Shown: positions 41,193-52,198, counted from the first letter of the stretch. The stretch is DNA of 64,000 nucleotides from Anaerohalosphaeraceae bacterium (GCA_963675525.2 CAXXSL010000016.1:768001-832000), one strand, 5' to 3'. The notes: a model not told the origin generated them from the sequence alone. Numbers and translations are program-made.

Positions 41193-43514
41193 ATGAAAAT
41201 GCGACATAATTGGAGAAGGTCAGTAGTTTTTTTGGCAGTGGTCGGATCCTTTTGGATGTCAACGGGCTTGTTGTCAGCGGAAACTTCGCCGGAAGGGGTG
41301 ACGATCAGCAGTATTCAGGTGGCGGGCAATGTGACGCTGACGCGGGCGCAAATTCTTTCGGTTGTGCGGGCGCGCGTTGGTCAGGCGTTCAACGTGTCGC
41401 TTTCAACGGGCGATGCCGAGCGCATCGCTAAACTGGACGCCGCGGAGTCAGCTTATTACAACACGCAGATACAGGGTGATGGGCTTATTTTGACGTACGT
41501 CGTGGTTGAACGCAACCTGGTGCGCAGCATCTCTTTCAAGGGGCAGGAAAAACTCGGTGTTCAGGTGCTGTCGAAAGATCTGCCCTTTAAACGGGGCGAT
41601 TATCTTGATGTTTTTGCGGTTCGTGCCGGGGTGGACACGTTGGCCGAGTTGTATCAGAAAAAAGGATTTCCCTGGGCCGTTGTGGAGGTTGATGAAGAGG
41701 CAATGCTGTTGGGCAATGTGATTTACATTATCAACGAAGGACCGAAAGTGAAAATAGCTTCGTTGAAGTTTGTCGGCAATACATCCTTATCCAGCCGCCA
41801 ATTAGCGAGAGCCATTAAAACCAAGAATAAAAAGTTTTATCTCTTTTCCAGTTATTATAAAGCCGCACAGCTTGAAAAAGATACACAGAAACTGTTGGAG
41901 ATTTATCATAAAAAAGCCTTTCTGGATGCACAGGTCAAGAGTGACATTACGTTCAACGAAGATAAAACAAAATGCTTTATTGTTTTCAATATCACCGAGG
42001 GGCCGGTTTATATCGTTGATTCGATTCATTATGTCGGCAACGCCTTTTTTGATATTGAAACGCTTCAGAAAGATACCAAACTTCGCCGGGATTATTATTA
42101 CAGCGAGGCGTGGGCTGAGTTTGACACGAAAAAAATTCGTGCTAAATACGGGCAGGTCGGCTTCATCAATGCTCAGGTGACGGTGAACCGGACATTTTTA
42201 CCGGGTGCTCGGGTAAAGGTTGAATTTAACATCAAAGAAGAAAACCGTTATCGTATTGGCGAAGTTGTTATTTCCGGCAACACCACGATTCAGGATCATG
42301 TGATCCGCCGGGTATTGGACGAAGAAGGATTTACGCCCGGCGAATGGTACAACGCGGATATTGCTCGCGGGGATGGCGAGGGGGAACTGGAAAAAATCAT
42401 CCGGCAGACCGTTGTAACGGAATCGGCGATGATATACCCGGCAGGGGAAGGGCCCGATACCCGGGACGCACAGGTGACGATTAAAGAGGGCCAAACCGGC
42501 TCGATCATGCTGGGAGCGGGGGTTGCCAGTGACAGCGGTGTCATGGGACAGATATCGCTTGATCAGCGTAATTTTGATATCGCCGATACGCCGGAAAGCT
42601 GGGGCGAATTATTGACCGGTAAAGCATTTCGCGGGGCCGGGCAGCGGTTTCGAATTTCGCTGAATCCCGGAACTGTAGTCAGCACCTATTCGGTCAGTTT
42701 TACCGAACCGTATTTGTATGACAAACCCGTTGCACTGAGCCTGGGAGGATCCAGCTTCGAACGCGGCCGGGAGTCGTATGATGAAGACCGTCTGGCAGCT
42801 ACAGTGGCGCTCGAAAAGCGGTATCCGGGTAAATTACGGCGGGGTGTTAGTTTTCGTGCTGAAAATGTTGGCATCTCCGATCTTGACACCACGGCACCCA
42901 AAGAAGTTCTGGATGCCAAGGGCGATAATCATCTGTTTGGCGTGCGTTTCTATTTTGAAAAGAATACCACCGACAGCCGTTTTCGTCCGAGCCGGGGCCA
43001 TAATTTTGACGCCGGCTACGAGCAGGTTCTCGGGGATTATACCTTTGGTGTTTTCAGTGCGACACAACGCTGGTATAAAACATTGTATGAAGACCTGTCG
43101 GAAAACAAAACCGTCCTTGAAACCAAAGTTAGCGCTGCGGCGATTGTCGGGGATGCCCCGTTGTTTGAAAAGTTCTATGTCGGCGGCATAGGGTCCCTGC
43201 GCGGTTTCGAATATCGCGGTATTAGTCCTCGAAGCGGCTCGCAAGATGATCCGGTTGGCAGTGACTGGATGGTTACCGGAAACGCTGAAGTGGCGGTTCC
43301 GCTGGGCGGCGAAACATTTTCGGCCCTTTTCTTCACAGATGTTGGCACGGTTGAAACCGGCGGCGTCCGTGCTTCGGTGGGAGTGGGCGTGCAGATTTTA
43401 ATTCCGCAATTTTTCGGACCGGTGCCGATGCGATTCGAACTGGCGGCCCCGCTCATGCAAGACTCAAAAGACGAAACCCAGGCGTTCAGTTTCTCGGTGG
43501 GCGCGTTGTTCTAA
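41193..43514 (+). CDS. bamA: Outer membrane protein assembly factor BamA
   Basis: Signal peptide, POTRA-like repeats, GGIGSLRGF, C-terminal Phe; precedes skp-lpxD. Confidence 0.93.
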   Translation: MKMRHNWRRSVVFLAVVGSFWMSTGLLSAETSPEGVTISSIQVAGNVTLTRAQILSVVRARVGQAFNVSLSTGDAERIAKLDAAESAYYNTQIQGDGLILTYVVVERNLVRSISFKGQEKLGVQVLSKDLPFKRGDYLDVFAVRAGVDTLAELYQKKGFPWAVVEVDEEAMLLGNVIYIINEGPKVKIASLKFVGNTSLSSRQLARAIKTKNKKFYLFSSYYKAAQLEKDTQKLLEIYHKKAFLDAQVKSDITFNEDKTKCFIVFNITEGPVYIVDSIHYVGNAFFDIETLQKDTKLRRDYYYSEAWAEFDTKKIRAKYGQVGFINAQVTVNRTFLPGARVKVEFNIKEENRYRIGEVVISGNTTIQDHVIRRVLDEEGFTPGEWYNADIARGDGEGELEKIIRQTVVTESAMIYPAGEGPDTRDAQVTIKEGQTGSIMLGAGVASDSGVMGQISLDQRNFDIADTPESWGELLTGKAFRGAGQRFRISLNPGTVVSTYSVSFTEPYLYDKPVALSLGGSSFERGRESYDEDRLAATVALEKRYPGKLRRGVSFRAENVGISDLDTTAPKEVLDAKGDNHLFGVRFYFEKNTTDSRFRPSRGHNFDAGYEQVLGDYTFGVFSATQRWYKTLYEDLSENKTVLETKVSAAAIVGDAPLFEKFYVGGIGSLRGFEYRGISPRSGSQDDPVGSDWMVTGNAEVAVPLGGETFSALFFTDVGTVETGGVRASVGVGVQILIPQFFGPVPMRFELAAPLMQDSKDETQAFSFSVGALF

Positions 43515-43558
43515 ACGAAATAGATCTTCATGGCAATTGAAACAGGAAAGGAACTTCG

Positions 43559-44152
43559 ATGAAAAATTCAAAATATTATACCATAGCAGTACTGGCAGGC
43601 GCCCTGATAATGACGGGGGTTTATCAGCAGGGTAAACTGGATGCCGCCGGGGATGCGGCTCCCGCAAAAATCGCAGTGGTGAATGTGACCAAAGTGATCC
43701 AGGACTGTAAAAAGTTCAAGACATGGCAGGAGCAAAAGCAGAAAGAGGCCCAACAGATCGAAGCGGAATTTACTGCCATGAAAAGCGAACTCGATTCTTT
43801 GAATGCTAATTTAAAAATCCATACGCCGGGCACCGATGACTATCGGGCACTGATGAAAAAGTATATTGAGAAACGTGCGACTCTTCAGTCAAAAGATGCA
43901 GCATATAAGGAATTGTGGGATGGCGAAAAGGAACAATGGACCGAACAGCTTTATGAAAAGCTATTACTGGTCATCGAAGATGTTGCGAAGAAAAAGAGCC
44001 TGGACATTGTCATGGCGAATGAAGATTTGGATCTAAAGGATCCGATGCGGCCGGATATTCTGCAAACCATAGTGACCAAAAAACTGCTCTACCACAGCGC
44101 CCAGTATGACATAACGGCCGAAGTACTTGCCGCTTTCGATGAGGCAAAATAA
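43559..44152 (+). CDS. skp: Skp/OmpH chaperone
   Basis: KIAVVN, coiled coil, DITAEV; synteny. Confidence 0.85.
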   Translation: MKNSKYYTIAVLAGALIMTGVYQQGKLDAAGDAAPAKIAVVNVTKVIQDCKKFKTWQEQKQKEAQQIEAEFTAMKSELDSLNANLKIHTPGTDDYRALMKKYIEKRATLQSKDAAYKELWDGEKEQWTEQLYEKLLLVIEDVAKKKSLDIVMANEDLDLKDPMRPDILQTIVTKKLLYHSAQYDITAEVLAAFDEAK

Positions 44153-44206
44153 TCGGAAGAAACTTGTTCTGGAAATAGTCATAAAGATAAAGATGAATTG
44201 CAGCGA

Positions 44207-45268
44207 ATGATGAGAAAGTCAACCGAGCCCAAAACAATTTTGCTGGCAGAACTTGCTGAACGAATCGGTGCGCAGTTGACCGGTGACGGCAAACGGTTGG
44301 TGTCGGGTGTCAATACGATTCAGGATGCCGATAAGAACGAGGTCTGTTTTTTGTCTTCACAAAAACATGCGAAAGGCCTTGAGGAAACTAAAGCGGTTGC
44401 GGTGATCGTTGACAAACTGATCGATACCTGTAAATTGTCACAGTTAGTGGTGGATAATGTCGATCTCGCATTGATTGCGGTGCTGACATTTTTCGCCCCT
44501 CGCCCGAAAGAGTTTGTTGGAATTCATCCGTCGGCCGTGGTTGAGCCGGATGCCCAGATTGACCCGTCCGCTGTTATAGGGCCCGGTGCTTATATTGGGC
44601 ACGGGGCGAAAGTCAGTGCTCAAGCCGTAATCGGGCACGGCTGTTTCGTCGGTGAAAATACGGTGGTTGGAGCCAACACCCGTCTGGATAGCCATGTGGT
44701 CGTGCATCACAATTGTCAGATCGGCAATTTTTGTGTGATTCAGGCGAATTCAACCATTGGCTCAACAGGATTTGGTTATTCGTTTATTGACGGTCAGCAT
44801 CGACTGATTCCGCACAATGGTGGTGTACTCATTGAAGACGGTGTTGAGATTGGCGCCAATTCCTGCGTGGACAGAGCAAAATTTGGCAATACGGTGATCG
44901 GCGCCGGCACAAAGATTGATAACCTGGTTCAGGTTGCGCACAATGTACAGATCGGTAAGCTTTGTCTCTTAGCCGGACATGTCGGCATTGCGGGCAGCAC
45001 AAAAATTGGCAATGGTGTTGTTTTTGGCGGTGCTGCGGGTTCTTCGGACAACTTGACGATCGGCGACGGGGCGATGCTGGGAAAACAAACCGCAGCGAGC
45101 CGGGATGTGCCGGCCGGACAAAGGCTTCTGGGGGTGATCCCACAGGAATTTTCGCACGAATTAAAATGTATGAGTGTCTATCGACGTCTTCCCGAACTTG
45201 CGAGAGAACTCAAACAACTTCACAACAAGGTCGAGAAACTTGATGCAGCAAAAGACGATAAAATCTGA
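44207..45268 (+). CDS. lpxD: UDP-3-O-acylglucosamine N-acyltransferase
   Basis: Hexapeptide repeats, [24 protein letters not shown]. Confidence 0.96.
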   Translation: MMRKSTEPKTILLAELAERIGAQLTGDGKRLVSGVNTIQDADKNEVCFLSSQKHAKGLEETKAVAVIVDKLIDTCKLSQLVVDNVDLALIAVLTFFAPRPKEFVGIHPSAVVEPDAQIDPSAVIGPGAYIGHGAKVSAQAVIGHGCFVGENTVVGANTRLDSHVVVHHNCQIGNFCVIQANSTIGSTGFGYSFIDGQHRLIPHNGGVLIEDGVEIGANSCVDRAKFGNTVIGAGTKIDNLVQVAHNVQIGKLCLLAGHVGIAGSTKIGNGVVFGGAAGSSDNLTIGDGAMLGKQTAASRDVPAGQRLLGVIPQEFSHELKCMSVYRRLPELARELKQLHNKVEKLDAAKDDKI

Positions 45269-46548
45269 GGCGAGACTTTCCGGCAGGGGTCTTTTCAGCG
45301 GCCACGACGTGAAGGTGACATTCAAGCCCGCCGAACCGGAGACAGGAATAGGTCTTTGTACGTACAGACCTCAAAAAACCGGTTTCGATTGAGATAAAGC
45401 CGGAAAATATTGCCCCGCGTGATCGTCGCACGGCAGTACAAAAAGGTGATGTTGCGATCGAGACGCCGGAACATTGTTTGGCGGCGATCGCGGCAATGGA
45501 TATCGATAACCTGATTGTGGAAATTGACGGCATCGAGTTCCCCGGGTTTGACGGCAGCAGCGAAGAATATTTTAAAACCCTTCAAAAAAGCGGCATTGTG
45601 TTACAAAACGCCCCCCAGGTTCCGCTGGTGATTACCGAGTCAATTTGTATTACCGAAGATGATAAATCTATTTATGCTCTCCCGGCCAATGGGAACGGAT
45701 TGACGATCACCTACGATTTGGATTATACCCAGCACACCGGCATTGGCCGGCAGATCTACTCGTGTGATTTGAATGAAGCCAACTATGCACAGAATCTGTC
45801 ACGGGCCAGGACCTTTGCACTGGAGGCCGAAGCGCGTCAGATGCAAGCCTCAGGGATCGGTACGCACTTGGGCCCCAAAGACATTCTGGTGATCAATTCG
45901 GATGGGCCGATCAAAAACAGCTTCCGCTTTCCGGATGAATGCGTGCGGCACAAAGTGGTCGATTTGATCGGTGATCTGCGGCTGGCCGGCCGGCCGGTTA
46001 TCGGGCGCATTGTGGCCTATAAGTCCGGCCATACCCTCAATCATAAACTTGTGCGAAAGATTGTTGAAAGCGCCCAAAAAACTGCCGAGGAAAAATCCCT
46101 GTCGGGAAGACCGTTGCTGGACATTAAGCGGATTCAGCGCATTTTGCCCCACCGGTATCCGTTCCTGATGGTGGATAAGGTAGTTGAGATCGACGGGGAG
46201 CGGCGGATTAAAGGCATCAAGAATGTAACTTTTAATGAGCAGTTCTTCCAGGGCCACTTTCCGGGAACCCCGGTGATGCCGGGTGTTTTAATCGTGGAGG
46301 CTCTGGCCCAGGTATCCGGTTTGTTGTTTTCCCAGAAACTCGAGCACACCGGTAAGCTGGCGGTACTGCTGACGATGGATGGGGTTAAAATTCGAAAATC
46401 CGTGGTGCCCGGCGACCAGTTGATTCTGATCGCCGAAGCCGATAAGATTCGCAGCCGGGCTGCCAAGTGTAATTGTATCGCCATGGTCGGCGACGAGGTC
46501 GTTGCCGAGGCCCAGTTGAAATTTATGTTAGTGGATGATGAAATGTAA
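45243..46548 (+). CDS. lpxC: Bifunctional LpxC-FabZ with an apparent +1 frameshift at about 45351
   Basis: MQQKTI...GRGLFSG...ETGI / VFVRTD...EHCLAA...DGSS...[11 protein letters not shown]; Fab[25 protein letters not shown]. Confidence 0.92.
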
Positions 46549-46604
46549 CGTAGCAATCATGACTGCGACCAAGTAATAACTTAATCCGGAGGTTTAATAG
46601 AGCA

Positions 46605-47414
46605 ATGAGTCATACTATCCATCCCACAGCCATTATAGCATCGAACGCAGAGTTGGGTTCGAATGTGGCTGTCGGTCCATATACTGTTGTGGATGAAGGC
46701 GCCGTTATCGGCGACAATTGCGTACTGGATGCGCATGTGGTGATCGGTAAAAATGTAAAAATCGGAAAAAACAACCGCATTTATGCCTGTGCAGTCATCG
46801 GCCGTCCTCCCCAGATTCTGGGTCTCAATGACGATACGAAGATCGGCGGCCTGAAGATCGGCGACAACAATATTATTCGCGAGTATGTCACGATCCATCC
46901 AAGCATGTACCCCGATCAGAGTACCATCGTGGGCAGCGGGAACCTGCTGATGATCAACGTGCATCTCGGCCACGATTGTTTTCTGGAAGATAACATCGTC
47001 ATCAGTAACTGCACGCAGATTTCCGGCCACTGCAAGATTGAAATGGGGGCCTGGATTTCAGCGGCATGGTCCGCGGTGCATCAGTTTGTCACGATTGGCA
47101 AGTGGTGTTATGCCGCCGGCTACACCGGCATCAACCACGATGTGCCGCCGTTTGTGATCGTCAGCGGCCATTACCCGATGGAAATTCGCGCGATCAACAA
47201 ACGCGGCCTGACCCGCGCGGGCCTGTCGCAGGAAGAACAGAGCAGTGTGTTTAATGCGTTCAAGTTTATCTGGCGCAACGAGGGCCCCGTTCTGGAACAC
47301 GTCAGGGAACTGTCCGAAAAAGACGGACTGAATAAACATGTTGGTGCCATGGTCGAATTAATGCTCAACAGCAGCAAACAGCGTTTCGGCCGTTACCTGG
47401 AACTGCACCGGTAA
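46605..47414 (+). CDS. lpxA: Acyl-ACP-UDP-GlcNAc acyltransferase
   Basis: IHPTAII, IREYVTIH, HLGHDC, VHQF, DVPPF. Confidence 0.95.
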   Translation: MSHTIHPTAIIASNAELGSNVAVGPYTVVDEGAVIGDNCVLDAHVVIGKNVKIGKNNRIYACAVIGRPPQILGLNDDTKIGGLKIGDNNIIREYVTIHPSMYPDQSTIVGSGNLLMINVHLGHDCFLEDNIVISNCTQISGHCKIEMGAWISAAWSAVHQFVTIGKWCYAAGYTGINHDVPPFVIVSGHYPMEIRAINKRGLTRAGLSQEEQSSVFNAFKFIWRNEGPVLEHVRELSEKDGLNKHVGAMVELMLNSSKQRFGRYLELHR

Positions 47415-47470
47415 AAGGGCACATTAAATATCAAAACTAAAATATCAAATACACATATAAAAGAGATAAG

Positions 47471-48477
47471 ATGAAAAAACTCAGAACCGCGATCGTTGGT
47501 GCCGGCAAGATGGGCAAGATCCACGCCAAGGTTTACAGCAAGCTGGAAAATGCAGAACTCGTCGCCGTGGTGGATAATAATATCGAAAGCGCCGAGGCGC
47601 TGGCGGAAAAATACGACTGTTCCGCTTTTACCGACCCGGCCGAACTGATCGGCAAGGTCGATGCCGTAACCATTTCCGCCCCGACGATTGCCCACCATGA
47701 AGTCGCGACGTTATTGTTAAAGAATAAAATTCCCGTGCTCATCGAAAAGCCGTTGGCCTCATCCGTACAGCAGGGCCGCGAAATCGTCGAACTGGCCAAA
47801 GCCAATAACACCATCCTCGCTGTCGGCCATTCGGAGCGATGCAATCCCGTCGTGCAGGCCATGAAGCGCCTGCATATCGAGCCGATGTTTATCGAGGTGA
47901 CCCGCGTCAGCCCCTATCCGTTCCGCTCAATGGATATCGGTGTGGTGCTCGACGTGATGATTCACGATATTGACATTATCCTCTCGCTGGCCAACAGCCC
48001 GGTCAAAAAGTCGATGCCGCCGGCGTCAACGTCATCGCCGACCATGAAGATGTTTGCAATGCCCGTATCATTTTCGAAAACGGCTGCATCGCCAACGTCA
48101 CTGCGTCCCGGCTGGCACTCAAAACCGAACGCAAGGTGCGCCTCTTCAGTCGGCAGGCCTACCTGTCGCTGGACTATTTCCGCAAGGAAGGCATCGTTAT
48201 CAAGGCTGACAAGAACATTGACCTCGTTAAGTGGATTCGAGAACATCAGGAAAAGCAGGACTTTGACTTTACGACCGTCAACTGGACGGACCTGCTGCAT
48301 ATCGAACAACTGCAGATCGAAGACGGCGAACCGTTGCGCATCGAGCAGGAAGCATTCCTCAATGCCATTCTCGATAAGGACAAACGCCCCGAAGTCACCG
48401 GAGCCGAAGGCCTGGCCGCATTAGAGTGCGCCGAAAAAATCCTCGAAGGCGTCAAAGCCCACCAGTGGGAAAAGTAA
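47471..48477 (+). CDS. Gfo/Idh/MocA oxidoreductase (GnnA-like) with an apparent frameshift at about 48005-48009
   Basis: GAGKMG, EKP, VGHSER, VVLDVMIHDID; continues in the other frame VDAAGVNVIADHEDVCNARIIFENGCIANVTASR. Confidence 0.85.
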
Positions 48478-48505
48478 TGGCAGCGCGGGCGTCTCGCCGG
48501 ACATT

Positions 48506-48532
48506 TGTCATTCCGAGCGCAGCGAGGAATCT
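48506..48532. repeat. REP-like element
   Basis: TGTCATTCCGAGCGCAGCGAGGAATCT. Confidence 0.6.
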
Positions 48533-48553
48533 ATTCAAATAGTAAAATTCCAT

Positions 48554-48578
48554 AACCCCGAAGGGGTTCGTACAATAA
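48554..48578. repeat. Left part of a REP-like composite interrupted by the IS
   Basis: AACCCCGAAGGGGTT hairpin; second copy AACCCCAAAGGGGTT at 50038-50052. Confidence 0.7.
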
Positions 48579-49981
48579 TAGATAATATGTAGGCCATCCA
48601 AAAGTTCTTATAATGGTTTTTGAACCCTAAACCGGAACCATTATCGAAAGGATGGCCCATGCGTAGTCTATCAAAGGTACAGACATTTTTCAACACTATC
48701 CGTTTAACCCGTAACGATGCATTGTTTATTGGTATTGACACCCATAAGGAAACGTATCATGTCGCGCTGCACTTAAACGACACCCCCGCTCTTGATTTTG
48801 TCATGCCGTCGAATCCCAATCAACTTATTGAACAGCTCAAACCGGTCCAGCACGCCATCAAAGAGATTGTTTACGAAGCCGGGCCCACGGGCTATTCATT
48901 GGCTCGCACCTTACAAAAACACCATCTGCCCGTGACTATTGCGGCCACCTCTAAAACGCCCCGGCCGGCCGCCAAAGAGGACAAGACAGATCGCCTGGAC
49001 AGTAAAAAAACTGGCGTGTTATCTGGCCAAGGGGCTCCTCAAACCGGTGACCATTCCTTCGGTCCAGCAGGAGGGGGACCGACAGTTGTGCCGGATGCGG
49101 CATCGTCAACGAAAAAACGGAGCCTGTGTCAAAACTCAAATCAAGTCATTTTTATTACAACACGGGCTGACGGAACCGGAAGGGCTCAAATATTGGTCTG
49201 GTAAAAGCATCGACGCCCTCCGAGCCTTGCGGCTGCCAAAGCCATTACGTTTGTCACTGGACGCGTTACTCAGCGACCTGGACTACCATTCTGACAGACT
49301 GACGGTGCTTGAGCGTCTCCTGGACGAAAGGATGGGGTCAACACCAACCGGCCAGCGGATTGCATTACTTCAAACACATCCCGGCATCGGACCGGTGACA
49401 GCACGACAGTTTGTTACGGAAGTGTTCCACTATGACCATTTTGAGACATCCTGCCAAGTGGTCAAATATGTCGGATTGGCCCCGACGATCCATCAAAGCG
49501 GTTCAAAAAGTACATCCGGCCCCATCAATCGGGACGGGAAGCCGTCCCTTCGTTGCACACTCATTCAAGCCGCATGGCAGTGGGTTGCCGTTGATGTTAA
49601 GGCCAAACAATACTTTTGGCGGATTTGTCACAGCAATGGGGGTATCAAACAGAAAGCGATCACTGCGGTGGCTCGAAAACTGACCGTGCATCTGTGGCGC
49701 ATGTTGATAAAAAATGAACCCTATCGGGCGGAAAAAGCTTAAACAGTATACGAATGGATTGAAGCTCACCACGACGTGCCGACCACGGCCCGAGGCTTGT
49801 GTCTTGAACACGATTGTAGATTGTTGGCGGCACCTCAGGAAGAACGAATCGATTAACGTGTGCTTCGAGCACGAATAACAGACTGAGCGATCAATCTTGA
49901 AAGACAAGGAATATCGATATGAAGTAAAAAACAAAAAAATTGTTGGTTTTAAAATATAAGACTTGTAAGATGGCCTCATAA
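48575..49981 (+). mobile_element. IS110 family (IS1111-type) insertion sequence
   Basis: DEDD transposase; subterminal IR AGGCCATC (48591)/GATGGCCT (49969); ATAA at both junctions; about 240-bp non-coding right end. Confidence 0.88.
48659..49742 (+). CDS. IS110 transposase with an apparent +1 frameshift in the A7 run at 49004-49010
   Basis: FIGIDTHK, YEAGPTG, KTDRLDS / PGIGPVTA, YVGLAPTIHQSG, AVARKL. Confidence 0.92.
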
Positions 49982-50052
49982 CAGCCCCGGGTGTAGCAAA
50001 GCGGAACCCGGGGAAAACGAGGCCCAAAACAGCCACCAACCCCAAAGGGGTT
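49982..50052. repeat. Right part of the REP-like composite
   Basis: CCCCGGGT...ACCCGGGG hairpin and AACCCCAAAGGGGTT. Confidence 0.7.
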
Positions 50053-50076
50053 GAATACGTGATTCGAAAGTTACCA

Positions 50077-51549
50077 ATGGATCAAGAGAGAATATTATTG
50101 AGAAGTGGTGTTTGTTTAATTTTCATCGTAATAGTCACTTTCAGTGCATCCGCTCTCGCCTATGACTGGCAAACCAATCCCGGAAACGGAACAGAGGCCG
50201 ATCCGTATCAAATCTCCGAACCCAATCACCTGATTGCCATCGGTGCCGATCCTAATCTGCTCGACAAATGTTTCATCCTGACCAATAACATTGTCTTCGA
50301 CCCAAACAACAATCCTGCGCATGTGTTTACAGCGGCAATCATCTCACCGGACACAACACCCGATGACTGGTACTATACAGGCACCGCGTTTACGGGTTCT
50401 TTCGACGGCGCCGGTTTTACCATTCAAAATGTCAAGATCGCCGTACCGTCAGGGACAGGCTATTATGTCGGTCTGTTTGGAACGATTGGCATGGACGCCG
50501 AAGTTCGTCATCTTGGCCTTGAATCAGTCAATATCACAGGGGCAGATCCTGTTGGCGGTTTGGCGGGAGTCAATGGCTGGGGTTATATTATTTCCTGTTA
50601 CACCACTGGAACGGTGCAGGGCACCGGGATGGGAGCCGGTGGATTGGTCGGTGACAATCGCGGCCTGATTTGGAATTGCCGTTCCTCATGTACGGTTGCT
50701 GGCGATGCTGTCATTGGCGGCTTGACAGGTTTTAATTCTGCTGAAATCTTAGCGTGTCAATCCACCGGAAAAATATCAGGCAGCCGTGATTTCATCGGCG
50801 GACTCACCGGCAAGAACGACGGTTCAATCTCCGGCTCCGTGGCTTCCGGCTCTGTTGCTAAAACAGGTGATGAATGGGGCGGCAACATTGGCGGCCTGGC
50901 GGGTAACAGTTTCGGTACGATTACGAACTGCTATGCAAGCGGTTCGGTCGCCGGGGGCGCTAATTCATCCATGGTTGGAGGATTTGCAGGGCAAAATAAC
51001 GGTTCAATTTCAGATTGCTATGCAACCGGCTCGGTTAGCGGGGAATATTCGGTTGGCGGATTACTCGGAATTAATGAAGGATCATTATCAACCTGTTTTT
51101 CAACAGGCTCGGTGAATGGAACCAGCGGATATGAAGTTGGCGGATTGATTGGAGCCAACCTGTCCTACGAGCCCGTTTTATCTTGTTATTATCTTGATAC
51201 ATCCGGGCCGGATAATGGATTCGGCACACCATTGGATGATCCGAATATGATGATACAGGCTAATTTTTCCGGCTGGGATTTTGTGGGCGAATCAACAAAC
51301 GGCGAAAACGAAATCTGGCGGATGTGTGTCGATGGCGTCGATTACCCCCGCCTGTCATGGCAGTTCGCCCAAAACGGCGACTTCGCCTGCGCCGATGGGG
51401 TAGACCTGGCCGACCTGCAATCACTGGCCGAACAATGGCTCACCGCCGCCGATACAACACCGACCACATTCAACCACGCCTGCGACGCCAACGGTAACGA
51501 GCAAATCGATCTGAACGATTTCGCCGTATTATCCGAAAACTGGCCGTAA
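50077..51549 (+). CDS. Secreted GLUG-repeat protein with dockerin/EF-hand-like C-terminus
   Basis: Signal peptide, PYQIS, many (V/I)GGL(A/V)GxN repeats, DANGNEQIDLNDFAVLSENW. Confidence 0.88.
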   Translation: MDQERILLRSGVCLIFIVIVTFSASALAYDWQTNPGNGTEADPYQISEPNHLIAIGADPNLLDKCFILTNNIVFDPNNNPAHVFTAAIISPDTTPDDWYYTGTAFTGSFDGAGFTIQNVKIAVPSGTGYYVGLFGTIGMDAEVRHLGLESVNITGADPVGGLAGVNGWGYIISCYTTGTVQGTGMGAGGLVGDNRGLIWNCRSSCTVAGDAVIGGLTGFNSAEILACQSTGKISGSRDFIGGLTGKNDGSISGSVASGSVAKTGDEWGGNIGGLAGNSFGTITNCYASGSVAGGANSSMVGGFAGQNNGSISDCYATGSVSGEYSVGGLLGINEGSLSTCFSTGSVNGTSGYEVGGLIGANLSYEPVLSCYYLDTSGPDNGFGTPLDDPNMMIQANFSGWDFVGESTNGENEIWRMCVDGVDYPRLSWQFAQNGDFACADGVDLADLQSLAEQWLTAADTTPTTFNHACDANGNEQIDLNDFAVLSENWP

Positions 51550-51557
51550 TTTTTTTT

Positions 51558-52198
51558 ATGACAGACAAAAAACTTCCAATCGCGTCAGAATCGAAACCCG
51601 CAACGGCATCACTATCTACTCCGCCGGGGCTTGGCCGGGATGGTACGAAGTGGTTGCGCTGTCAATTGTCTTTCTGGTAATTTCAGGGGCATTTGCCTTT
51701 ACCGTCTGGGCCTTACACAGTTTTCAACAGGCTCTCTATGAAGATCCCGTAGGCCCGGCGTGGCTCAATCGGATTTTGTTGTTCGTTATCATGGGGACTT
51801 TTGATGTAACGTCTGTTGCGGGATTTATTTTCTTAATCCTGTGGATTCCCTATTTTCTGATTTACCAGCTCAGCCCCAAACAATTCTGGATCAATGACAA
51901 CACCCTTTTTCACACAGCTCGGCTGCTGGGTTTCATTCCGTACAAAAGAAAAATCACCTTCGAACAGATTTTAAACGTTGAAGCCGGCTCGTCAAACGGG
52001 CGTCATGCCGTTACCGTTCTTTACGAAAGAAACCTCCCGAAGTGGCTGTTTATCATCCTGGTCCACTGGAACGAAAAACTCACCCAGTGGCCGCTGACGC
52101 TGATCAATGGAATCCCCACAAAAGAAGAGGCCGAAAAATTGCAAACCGACCTACTCAAGCCCATGACGGCATCGCCGGTTTGCCGCGTTGGTTCTTAG
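51558..52198 (+). CDS. Hypothetical membrane protein (2 TM); start either GTG 51650 or ATG 51558 via an A-run indel
   Basis: Frame open upstream of 51650; one extra A at 51567-51572 would give MTDKKTSNRVRIETRNG. Confidence 0.6.

Noticed and set aside
45340..49015. Programmed frameshifting or phase variation in lpxC, the oxidoreductase and the transposase
   Set aside because: No shared slippery motif or stimulatory structure; clustered single-base indels are more simply sequencing errors or decay
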